From Octopus sinensis (lineage: Eukaryota), in NCBI RefSeq assembly GCF_006345805.1, contig NC_043023.1, positions 4,650,001 through 4,714,000 of the forward strand: a DNA stretch of 64,000 nt, read 5' to 3'. A program made the position numbers and the translations under genes. Below are positions 49,960 to 59,994 of the stretch, in pieces. Position 1 is the stretch's first letter; each line of letters starts with the position of its first letter. Under the pieces are notes generated by a model that was not told the DNA's origin, searched no databases, and saw only the letters and a list, made by a program, of their open reading frames with translations.

Positions 49960-50160
49960 AGAGTTTACGAAAAAAACAAAAGACGAGACAGGTGGTGTAC
50001 GAAACAAACAGATGTATAGGTATAACGCTCAAGAATAGAAAAAGTCTTTTACGTTTCGAGCCTACGCTCTTCTACAGAAAGGGACACAGGAAAAGCTAGG
50101 AGAGAAACAAGGAGACAAAAAATATGTGTAGTGGCTAACGATCTATCATGGCGATCTATC
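48853..50160 (-). mobile_element. Penelope-like element: GIY-YIG fragment, 3' UTR, direct pseudo-LTRs (48853-49016 and 49956-50160)
   Basis: FTCTSCNVIYCISYSRCPSLCISQTGRRLADRFAEHLRNIRLGNDTPVSR; pseudo-LTRs carry hammerhead motifs. Confidence 0.9.
50043..50085 (-). ncRNA. Minimal hammerhead motif (A6>U, helix III reduced to palindromic ACGU) in a PLE pseudo-LTR
   Basis: CUUU-CUGUAGA-A-GAGC(GUAG)GCUC-GAAAC-GUA^AAAG. Second copy at 59745-59787; degraded copy at about 48911-48950. Confidence 0.55.
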
Positions 50161-50501
50161 ATACATACATATATATATATATATAGTGTGTGTGTGTGTG
50201 TGTGTTTGTGCGTGTGTATGTATGTATGTAAGCCTTGTGAGTGGATTTGGTAGACGGAAACTAAAAGAAGCCCGTCGTATATATGTATATATAACTATGA
50301 TAATTATATATAACTATCAAAATGTATTTGATAGTTATATATAATTATAATTTTAAAAAATATAAAAATAAATTAATAATTTTAAATTTAAATTTTATAT
50401 TTTATATATTTTGTAAATTACATTAATTATTTTTATTTTTATGTTTTAGCTTATGTTTTTCACTGTTTGATTTGCCTAATAGTGGTTTTATATCTAATTT
50501 A

Positions 50502-50550
<49 letters not shown>

Positions 50551-50553
<3 letters not shown>

Positions 50554-50731
50554 AATTGCAGCGTGGAAGGTGTTTATAAGCCATTTAAGAAACACACAAA
50601 AGCCGTTCGATTCACTTCAACATTTAAGTTTAATTGTCAAAATATTTTCGTCGCTAAAATCCGCGACCTGTTCACTGACGAAAATCCGTGCTGCATCTCG
50701 GATGCAGCACGGATTTTTGTCAGTGAACAGT
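50551..50731. mobile_element. Palindromic MITE-like fragment with a ~30-bp central stem
   Basis: ctgttcactgacgaaaatccgtgctgcatc-tcg-gatgcagcacggatttttgtcagtgaacag. Confidence 0.65.
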
Positions 50732-50915
50732 GCCTTGAGGGGAAGGTAAAACTTGACAAACCGCTTTTCCCTCTGCTGTTGTTCGTTTAAAAAAGGGAGA
50801 TTATGACTGCTAAAATAATGAGAGCAATATCTACTAAGCAAGTGAGCACTATTATACAAAGGAATTAGACGTAAAATATCATAAAATTATGTGTTAAATG
50901 TGAAAATGTTATCAA

Positions 50916-51078
50916 GGCGTAGGAGTGGCTGTGTGGTAAGTAGCTTGCTTACGAACCACATGGTTCCGGGTTCAGTCCCACTGCGTGGCACCTTGGGCAA
51001 GTGTCTTCTACTATAGCCTTTAGCCGACCAAAGCCTTGTGAGTGGATTTGGTAGACAGAAACTGAAAGAAGCCCGTCG

Positions 51079-51144
<66 letters not shown>

Positions 51145-51322
51145 TCCCCTCAACATCGCTTGACAACCGATGCTGGTGTGTAACTTAGCAGTTCGGCAAA
51201 AGAGACCGATAGAATAAGTACTAGGCTTACAAAGAATGAGTCTTGGGGTCGATTTGCTCGACTAAAGGCCGTGCTCTATCATGGCCACAGTCAAATGACT
51301 GAAACACGTAAAAAAGTAAACG
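50916..51322 (+). mobile_element. Full-length SINE family A
   Basis: ggcgtaggagtggctgtgtggt..ggttcagtccc head through the gactgaaac..aaaa tail. Confidence 0.85.
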
Positions 51323-51371
51323 AGTAAATGGCTTCTTTCTGCAAGTATATATATCTATAAATAAAAATAAA

Positions 51372-51448
<77 letters not shown>

Positions 51449-51746
51449 GGGTAGTTTATTCGTAATTTTACATCCGGAAGGCCGATATATATACGTCACT
51501 AAAGTGACTAAGAGTTTTAGTCAGTTCCAGTATTGCTAGAAATAAGAGTCAAAACAACTATTAGCCATTAGAAAGCAGTTATCTTAATGAGTCAAGCTTC
51601 CTCAGCATCTGGCATGGCCAGATCACTAATGATTTTGCACTTTTATTAATGCTCATCGTTTTAGCTCTCACATGGGCCTATGGTTAACTTCCACTCGCCT
51701 TCTCAGTTTATGAGATTACCGTAGAAATCATACGCTGATTTATTAT

Positions 51747-51821
51747 GGTAACCGGTAAATCTCACCATAGGTAAATTCCACCAAGGTATATTCCACCATG
51801 GTAGATTTCACCATAGGTGAA

Positions 51822-51882
<61 letters not shown>

Positions 51883-53064
51883 GCAAATCATTATTTAGAA
51901 GGGTTCCACAATACTTTGCACTCATCACTAACATCCACAAATCCAAATTTGTGGAAACTATGCACTGCCCTTAAATCTGAGGAAGGATTAAGCCAGATAA
52001 AAATTGCACACGTTCTACGTGGAGACTCAACAACAAAAGAAAAGACCTGTAGTGGATCTTACATGCATGAAGTGGTTTCGATCCACCATAACTAAATTTA
52101 AATTAACACTGCAACAGAACTTTTCCCACGGTGGAACAATGGTTTTTCTCTGACAGCAGTTTTACATTTCCAGATGCCTTTAGCTAGGCCGAAATAATGT
52201 CTTCAGCACTTGACCCTTTCTAACCTCTTCTACTTCACCAAAAACTAGAATAGAGATAACAAGACCACCAACTAAATTTATTGTTCTCAATGATATATCT
52301 ATCCTTCTGGATAGTTATAAAAGCAAGAACACCCGAAGCAAAAATCAGTCGGTGACGACTCAATCAGTTAGTCACTTCAGAGACAACAATGTCTGGCTGG
52401 CCAGCTAGAACCTTGGTCAGAGGGAGAAATGAAGTTTACTGTCAGCAACTGTGAGACAACGTCCCACACCTTACAACTCTCATTAGATCTAATTCTGTTC
52501 TCTTACAACATCATTTTATCTCTCTCTGTAATTACTACTGAACAATGAAGAGGACACAAACACAAATTTTACTTCGCATGTTTTTGAATATATCATAACC
52601 TGCCCGTCGAGGCAAGGTATTGTAATGTAACTGTAAATAAATATTTCCTTAAAACTTCATGCATTGTTCATCTTCCACATCCTACAACTTGCAATTATAA
52701 CAACAAACTTTTATCGTTACAGACCTATCAAGTTATTGATGCCCGACTGAAGAAACTAATTCAGGAATATCAAAATGAAAACCCATGGCAATTTGTAAGA
52801 AGTATTGCACACAATTTGTCTTAAGAATTTTTCTTTTAAATAAATGAAACTTTCTTATCCTAACTCTACTTCACAATGTACTCGCTGTTATTTTTTTAAT
52901 CGTATTGTTATAATAAAATGTGTGCTAAAATTTAATATTTTCTTTCTTTATCCCAAATTATATTATTTTTGAAATTCTGTGATGAGTCTTTTTCATAGAT
53001 GGGAGTACATTAAAGTGATCCCAACTCAATTCAAATAGATTTTAAAGATTATTTTCTATCTCTA

Positions 53065-53096
<32 letters not shown>

Positions 53097-53211
53097 TCTA
53101 AAGACTTGAGAGACAGATTAAATCACATTGGTATTGACCCACGGTGTACAGAAACTGACCATGGTGATTATTAGCGGGTGAAATATACTGTGGGGGAATT
53201 TACCTAGAATC
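51747..53211 (+). mobile_element. Internally deleted MULE DNA transposon
   Basis: Inverted subterminal arrays (taggtaaattccaccaaggtatattccacc vs ggtgaaatatactgtgggggaatttaccta). C-terminal motif NHYLEGFHNTL..NPNLWKLC..LKSEE..KEKT|YQVIDARLKKLIQEY..VRSIAHNLS* is restored in frame on removing the nested LTR. Confidence 0.8.
52048..52721 (+). mobile_element. Solo LTR, copy 2 (nested in the MULE)
   Basis: TGTAG...GTTACA, 4-bp TSD GACC (52044-52047 / 52722-52725); homologous to 4036-4706. Confidence 0.85.
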
Positions 53212-53234
53212 TTTCATAATATATATATATATCT

Positions 53235-53825
53235 CGTGACCGACCAAGCTATTAGATGTTGCTACACATTGCTGGTCACATTGCGCTTCGCATTGTTTTA
53301 GCCTTCAAATGACGCCACCCCGCTGGCTAAGCGAGCAGACCAACAGAAGAGTGAGAGAAAATTGCGGCGAATGAGTACAGCAGGGATCGCCACCACCCCC
53401 TTCCGGAGCTTCGTGGAGCTAATACTCGTTACAGCTGTTATTGTAGTTGATACTGCTGTTGTTACTGTTTGTTTGTTGAGCGAAGCGGCCTTCGTCCCAA
53501 TGGGAGAAGTCCGAAACTTTGCTATTCGTAAGACCCGCAGAAGAGAAAGCAGGTCAACCCCCGACACCAAGAGCATCGACGGAAGGATGAATGCACATCC
53601 AGGCTCAGTGGTTGTGTAGGAAGTTGGGGACAAGAAACAGGAAGAGTGAGAAAAAGTTGGAGCGAAAGAGTACAACAGGGGTCGCCACCACCCCCTGCCG
53701 GAGCCTCGTGGAGCTTTAGGTAATTTCGCTCAATAAACAAACACAACGCCCAGTCTGAGAATCGAAACCGCGATCCTCCGACCACGAGTCCGCTGCCCTA
53801 ACCATTGGGCCATTGCGCCTCCACT
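53235..53825 (-). mobile_element. tRNA-derived SINE family D, rearranged (two overlapping pieces)
   Basis: Reverse complement of 57103-57415; head ggcgcaatggcccaatggttaggg..ggtttcgattc. Confidence 0.75.
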
Positions 53826-54304
53826 GCTGTTATTGTAGTTGATACTGCTATTGTTACTGTTTTTGTTGTTGTTGTTATTAACGTAGTAGGGTTTTTTTTC
53901 TTTCTTCTTTTTTTGTATGCTTTTGTGTTTCTCTTTCTGTCAAGCAAGACCAGACATATTTCAATATTCTAAAAGATTTTATGCGAGTGACAAGGCAGGA
54001 TTGGCTAATTCTGTTTTGACTAACTCAATGAAATAATGATGAAAATCAATATTATTGAACTATTAGGCTCCGGCGTGACTATGGTTGCTTCCCAACCACA
54101 TTCCTCCTGGCCATGCTGGGGCACCGGCTTGAAGAATTTTTTAGTCAAGCGGATCGAGGCCCAATAATTTTTTGTTTAACTCTAGGACTTAATCTTTGGC
54201 CGAACCGCCAACAGATGGCAGCACACGGTTGCGTGCACAGTGAGAACTAGCAGTAACTTTCATGAGGCAATGTGCCGTGTGACATCGCTGTGTTTACTTC
54301 GGGG

Positions 54305-55055
54305 TCTGGACAAAAGCGCCTTAGCCAAAAGCCCCCTTGGACAAAAGGCCCCTAGGACAAAAGCCCAATGGTTATTCTTTGCGGCTATTTTTTCGTTTTT
54401 GGAATTTTTAGTTGAACTTTTTTTACTTGTTGCAGTTATTAGACTGTGACAGGCCATGCTGGGGCACCACCTTGAAAATTTTTTAGATGGCTGTATGGAA
54501 CCCAGAATTTTTTTATAGTTTGATCAAAATCACGAATCTTTTCAGTTTGAACGGCAGTTTTTTTTAGCAGTGGCATATGAAATTGTCACCCATAATTATG
54601 ACCCTAGTATCGATCTATTGCATTTCAATCTATTTTAGGGTTAGTTAGGGTTAGGGGGGAGGGTATCTTTTTTTCTTCACAAATGTAAATAAACCCAATC
54701 TGTTTCTTAAACGAGGGACATATTCATACGGCACAGAATGTTTTTTTTTACCTCAATAGACGACAGTGATTGGTTGAAATTGCAGAAATTGAAGAAAAAA
54801 AAACAACATATATCTTACAAACTATAGAATTTTCTCAATAAAGCCAAGCGAAAAAGATGTTTTATAAACACATTCTATCAGTATACGAAGTTAAAAATTT
54901 TTTAGTTACCTAGAAATTATGTTAAAAACTGCCGTTCAAACCGAAAAGATTCATCGAAAAATATAACTGTGGGGCTTTTGTCCACTTTCACACTTTAACT
55001 ATGGGTCTTTTGACCTAAGGGGCTTTTGTCCTAGGGGACTTTTGTCCCAGGGAAC
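54305..55055. mobile_element. MULE-like non-autonomous element with a nested SINE fragment and MITE
   Basis: Inverted subterminal arrays of ggacaaaagcccc at 54305-54370 and 54968-55055. Confidence 0.55.
54534..54952. mobile_element. MITE with 29-bp TIRs and internal TTAGGG-like units
   Basis: gaatcttttcagtttgaacggcagttttt / aaaaactgccgttcaaaccgaaaagattc. Confidence 0.8.
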
Positions 55056-55109
55056 TTTTTTCCTACACTCGTTTACTTCGCAAGTTGTGAAATTTGCGAT
55101 TTTTGTTAT

Positions 55110-55240
55110 GGAGAGGAAGTTGGAACAAAGAGTTAACGTGAAATTTTGCTTTAAACTTGGGAAGTCTGCTATAGGAACATTGAACATGCTTCGACAAATT
55201 TACAAGGCAATGGGTCGTATGCAATGTTCTGAATGGTACG
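55110..55240 (+). mobile_element. Mariner N-terminal fragment
   Basis: MERKLEQRVNVKFCFKLGKSAIGTLNMLRQIY. Confidence 0.75.
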
Positions 55241-55360
55241 GATTACGTACAGACTTACAAGGAATAAGTCTCGGAGTCGATTTGTTCGACTAAATGCGGT
55301 ACTCCAGCATAGCCGCAGCCAAATGACCGAAACAAGTAAAAGAATAAAAAAATATATATA

Positions 55361-55595
55361 TTATAAGCGGTCACCGTGCATTGACAAAGATAAATAGTCT
55401 AATATTCGGGCATATAAGACCTCCATGGAAAAAAAGGAGGGTTGCCCGTACGCGTGACACTCGAACCCACACCTCTATGTTTTCGTGGTAAGTGTGCAAC
55501 CGTTACGGTAGCAACCCTACTTTTTTCCATTAGAGGGGTTTATATGTCCCACTATTAGACTATTTATCTTAGTTGATGAACAGTGTTCGCTTATA
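55361..55595. mobile_element. Palindromic MITE with a tRNA-like central loop
   Basis: About 85-bp inverted arms ttataagcg...cgcttataa; centre contains GGTTCGAGT on the minus strand. Confidence 0.7.
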
Positions 55596-55694
55596 AGCTT
55601 GAAGTTTATAAAATACTACTATTATTAGTAAAATCGACATCACTTACCAATAAAATCATCGCAGATAACATCACACACACACACATATACATAT

Positions 55695-56082
55695 TTTACT
55701 CTTTTACTTGTTTCAGTAATTTGACTGTGGTCATGCTGGAGCACCACCTTTAGTCGAGCAAATCGACCCCAGGATTTATTCTTTGTAAGCCCAGTACTTA
55801 TTCTATCGGTCACGTTTGCCGAACCGCTAAGTTATGGGGACGTAAACACACCAGCATCGGTTGTCAAGCGATGTTGGGGGGACAAACACACACACCCAAA
55901 CATATACACACACACACACATATATACATGCATATATACGACGGGCTTCTTTCATTTTCCATCTACCAAATCCACTCACAAGGCTTTGGTCGACCCGAGG
56001 CAATAGTAGAAGACACTTGTCCAAGTGCCACGCAGTGGGACTGAACCCAGAACCATGTGGTTCGTAAACAAGCCTCTTACCA
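55695..56082 (-). mobile_element. Full-length SINE family A
   Basis: As other copies; further fragments at 56925-57040 and 57478-57630. Confidence 0.85.
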
Positions 56083-56469
56083 CACACACACATACACATG
56101 TGTTGGCTGAGTGGGTAATTTTTTCTGTTGATGCTTACATTCTATATAGTGAGGGGGAGAGAAAGAGAGAGAGAGAGAGCAAAAGAGAGATAGTGAGAGA
56201 AAACATAAGAGATGCATGATGAAATTACATTCTAGGCTTGGTGGCACACACACTGAAAAACGGATGAGGAGAGGGTGTAAATGATAGGATTATTATGGGA
56301 GAAATTTATTTCATTCAATTCATTTTTGAAGTAATAGATATTTTCATGTTTATCTTCACCTTTGGTCATGAATGTTGGGCAATGACCGAAAGAGTACGAT
56401 CGTGAATACAAGCTGCCAGAATGGGGTTCTACCGAAGGATCTCTGGAGTAACATTACGCGACAGCACGA

Positions 56470-56900
56470 GTACGAAGTGGGATCAAAAAGTTCCGAATTA
56501 GTTATGTTTAATGAAAAAAATAACTTATTTATCTAAGTTTTAACATCTTCGAAATAATCACATTGGGCAGCATTACAACGGTCCCGAGTTCCTGCCGCTT
56601 TTTGAATCCGGCCTGGAAGTCGTTTTCTGTAAGCGAGTCGAGGACCTTCTGCGATTGGCTCTGGATCTCGACAACGCTATTAAAACGGCGACCTTTGAGC
56701 AGCCTTTTCATCTTGGGGAAGAGATGGAAGTCTGCACGTGAGAAACCCACGTATGAGGAGAGCTCGGTGACAGGGTGCGTTGTCATTGTGAAGAATCTAA
56801 TTCTTCGTGCTCCATAGATCCGGTCACTTTCGCCGAATGTCCTCCCTCAAACGCAATACCACGCAATACCGCGGATGTCGAAAAAGACGATTGAGATGCG
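56470..56900 (-). mobile_element. Mariner C-terminal fragment with 3' TIR
   Basis: ILHNDNAPCH..SRADFHLFPKMKRLLKGRRF; adjacent RTE fragment at 56350-56468(+). Confidence 0.8.
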
Positions 56901-57057
56901 GCTTTTGAAGCGCCCGTGCCAGGACTTATTCCTTGTAAGTCTAGTACTTATTCTGTCGGTCACTTTTGCCGAACCGCTAAGTTGCGGGGACGTAAACACA
57001 CCAACATCAGTTGTCAAGCGAGGGGGGGGGACACACATACATACATACATACATACA

Positions 57058-57102
<45 letters not shown>

Positions 57103-57106
<4 letters not shown>

Positions 57107-57412
57107 AGGCGCAATGGCCCAGTGGTTAGGGCAACGGACTCGCGGTCAGAGGATCGTGGTTTCGATTCCCAGACCGGGTGTTGTGAGTGTTTATTGAGCG
57201 AAAACACCTAAAAGCTCTACGAGGCTCCGGCCGGGGATGGTGGCGATCCCTGCTGTACTCTTTCGCCACAACTTTCTCTCACTCTTTCCTCTGTTTGGCC
57301 TGCTCGTTTAGCCGACGGGGTGGCGACATTTGAAGACTAAAACAATGTGAAGCGCATTGTGACCAGCGATGTGTAGCAGCATCTGATAGCATGGCCGGTC
57401 ACGGTGATCACG

Positions 57413-57415
<3 letters not shown>
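57103..57415 (+). mobile_element. Full-length tRNA-derived SINE family D
   Basis: A-box tggcccagtggtta, B-box ggtttcgattccc; flanked by microsatellites. Confidence 0.8.
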
Positions 57416-57472
<57 letters not shown>

Positions 57473-57639
57473 CATATGTCGGGCTTCTTTCAGTTTCCGT
57501 CTACCAAATTCGCTCACAGAGTTTGAGTCGGCCCGAGGCTATAGCAGATGACACTTGCCCAAGGTGCCTCACAGTAGGACTGAACCCGGAACTATGTGGT
57601 TGGGAAGCAAGCTTCTTACCACACAGCCACGTCGGTAAA

Positions 57640-58560
57640 TCATAAATCCGAAAAAGACGCACACTCTAAGTTACAGAGCAGTATAGTATAAAGCAAGATA
57701 AGGCCGGTCTATGGGAATACCCTGGGTTTCACGTCCATAGAGCTCTTGGCTTTACAGCGTATCATCAGACCCCAAAACCTGTTCGCACATGGCCTTTGTA
57801 GCAAGTGGCCTTTCGAGAAAATGGAAGAGTAAAAGACTTCGTTATGCTGTCAACAACGGCGGATTGTCTCCATTTGGCTGTTATTCGTAATCGACTCTTT
57901 TATGGTGTGGGTCCCAAGCAAGAATTTCCTGAAGTGCAAACAGTGCCTGAAGATTTCCATTCTGGAGTTAAGGATGTTCATCAGGTCGAAGGAGGCTTTT
58001 AATATCCTTGCTCGTTCGGCTATGCACAGTTTACAAAGTTTGGTCCCGTTATGTAAGGGCCTAGATTTTCTAAGATTCTCCATGATATCACGTGTGGAAT
58101 TCCTTCGTCCTTCAAGCCACCATACATGGCTGGCTAATGATGTAGCATATCTCTTTTTCCGGTATCCTGAAAGTGGGTCGGTGGTTGGAGAGGCGTTGCT
58201 TAAACGTGTTACCGGAGCATCCAATGTATTTCCGTGTGCGGGTGTTGGCGATGTTGCATCTGCTGGTGTTGACGTTGCTATTGGTACTGGTGCTGTTGGT
58301 GTTGGTGCTGTTGCCATTGGCATAGGGGACATCAACGGTGATGGCGCTGTTGTTGATGTTGTGGTCATCGTCGCTGGTATTGTTGGAGCTGTTGTCGGCG
58401 CTAACATGGTGGGTGGTGCTGTCACTGACGATGATTGTACCCCTACTTGCACACAAAATTCATCCCTGAAGTCATTACGTGCCCTCATTTTTCTGACTGT
58501 GCCTTAAAACAAGGCTTGTATATCGTTAGAAACCCCTGATCTATCCCTAGTTTTCTTAGT
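57640..58560 (-). mobile_element. Penelope-like element 3' end (GIY-YIG with CxLC C-terminus, hammerhead-bearing terminal repeat)
   Basis: RKYIGCSGNTFKQRLSNH..YATSLASHVWWL..LCKLCIAERARI..LNSRMEIFRHCLHFRKF; one frameshift. Confidence 0.85.
57713..57773 (-). ncRNA. Type I hammerhead ribozyme in a PLE 3' terminal repeat
   Basis: GGGGU-CUGAUGA-U-ACG...CGU-GAAAC-CCAGG-GUA^UUCCC. Intact core, one extra nt after A9, U.U mismatch at the base of helix I. Lies just downstream of a GIY-YIG C-terminus. Confidence 0.7.
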
Positions 58561-58729
58561 AACCACCAGATTAGAGCGTGAGGAGCCCTGTCAAAATCCT
58601 TCTCCGGGCTGACGAATGCAAAATATAGCTGCCTCTTTTAGCTAAATATTTCTCCTGCTGTTGTCACACTAGTAAGATGGTATTGAAGTTTTTCCTCTTT
58701 TTTTTTCATCCCCAAAACAACTTTAACTG

Positions 58730-58907
58730 GAGTGGCTGTGTGGTAAGTACCTTGCTTACCAGCCACATGGTTCCGGGTTCATTCCCACTGCGTGGTACCT
58801 TGGGCAAGCATCTTCTACTATAGCCTAGGGTCGACCAAAGCCTTGTGAGTGGATTTGGTAGGCGGAAACCGAAAGAAGCCCGTCGTATATATGTATATGT
58901 ATGTATG

Positions 58908-58941
<34 letters not shown>

Positions 58942-59212
58942 TGTATGTATGTATGTATGTATGTATGTATGTATGTATGTATGTATTATGTATGTGTGTG
59001 TGTGTTTGCGTGTCCGTGTTTGTCCCCACCCCAACATCGCTTGACAACCGATGCTGGTGTGTTTACGTCGCCGTAACTTAGCGGTTCGGCAAAAGAGACC
59101 AACAGAATAAGTATTAGGCTTCCAAAGAATAAGTCCTGGGGGTCGATTTGCTCGACTAAAAGCCGTGCTCCAGCATGGCCGCAGCCAAAATGACTGAAAC
59201 AAGTAAAAGAGT
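58730..59212 (+). mobile_element. Full-length SINE family A with expanded (GTAT)n
   Basis: As other copies. Confidence 0.85.
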
Positions 59213-59569
59213 AAGTTCAATAAGATGCCCTGCACTGAATTGTCTATGCGCTGGATTATCTAGCGCTGAATTGTCGCGTCACGAATCTTCGTCACCCCCA
59301 CCCCTACCGGCATATGACATCTTGTTTCCTCTTATAATACTATGAAACTGAAGTAACTTATTCATTCTATGATCAAGCAAGTGTCATGGAATCATAAAGT
59401 TGCACATCCCGTTGGATTTTGAATGTTTTAAAATGTTATGGTTCGTGTGTCCAACTGATGAAAACGTGTTTTTTTTAATGATGCCTCCGTTAATCAATTA
59501 AAAATTCGTTGGAAACAGCTGTAGTAAATCGACACATTCTCCATCTGTTGTTATTTATTTATCGTTCAC

Positions 59570-59639
<70 letters not shown>

Positions 59640-59744
59640 ATATATATATTTATATAGGGAGAGTTTACGAAAAAAAACAAAAGACGAAGACAGGTGCTGT
59701 ACAAAACAAACGGATGTATTAGTATAACGCACAGGAATAGAAAA

Positions 59745-59787
59745 AGTCTTTTACGTTTCGAGCCTACGCTCCTCTACAGAAAGGGAC
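59745..59787 (-). ncRNA. Second copy of the minimal hammerhead motif (PLE pseudo-LTR fragment 59650-59825)
   Basis: CUUU-CUGUAGA-G-GAGC(GUAG)GCUC-GAAAC-GUA^AAAG, same family as 50043-50085. Confidence 0.5.
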
Positions 59788-59864
59788 ACAGAAAAAAACT
59801 AGGAGAGAAAAAAATGTGTGTAGTGGCTATATATATATATACTTTAAAAGCAGCAGAAATGTAA

Positions 59865-59913
59865 CAAAAGCTGTTACTCGGAGTTTCACGTTCCCGTTCG
59901 TCGGACAGTTTTG
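59865..59913 (-). ncRNA. Type I hammerhead ribozyme variant (U4>C)
   Basis: CAAAA-CUGU-CCGACGA-ACG(GGAA)CGU-GAAAC-UCCGA-GUA^ACAG-C-UUUUG. All three helices pair; single core deviation. Confidence 0.65.
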
Positions 59914-59960
59914 AGTACTCCTTTTTTCCACCTTGTTTCACATTTATGTGCTTACTCCGG

Positions 59961-59994
<34 letters not shown>

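Noticed and set aside
50667-50730. CTGACGA followed by a long stem as a hammerhead
   Set aside because: No GAAA box follows; it is the centre of a palindromic MITE-like element.
54208-54223. CTCF-like motif CCAACAGATGGCAGCA
   Set aside because: A single short motif beside transposon ends; unsupported without ChIP data.
54640-54660. TTAGGG units as telomeric/interstitial telomere sequence
   Set aside because: Only a few units, internal to a TIR-bounded MITE.
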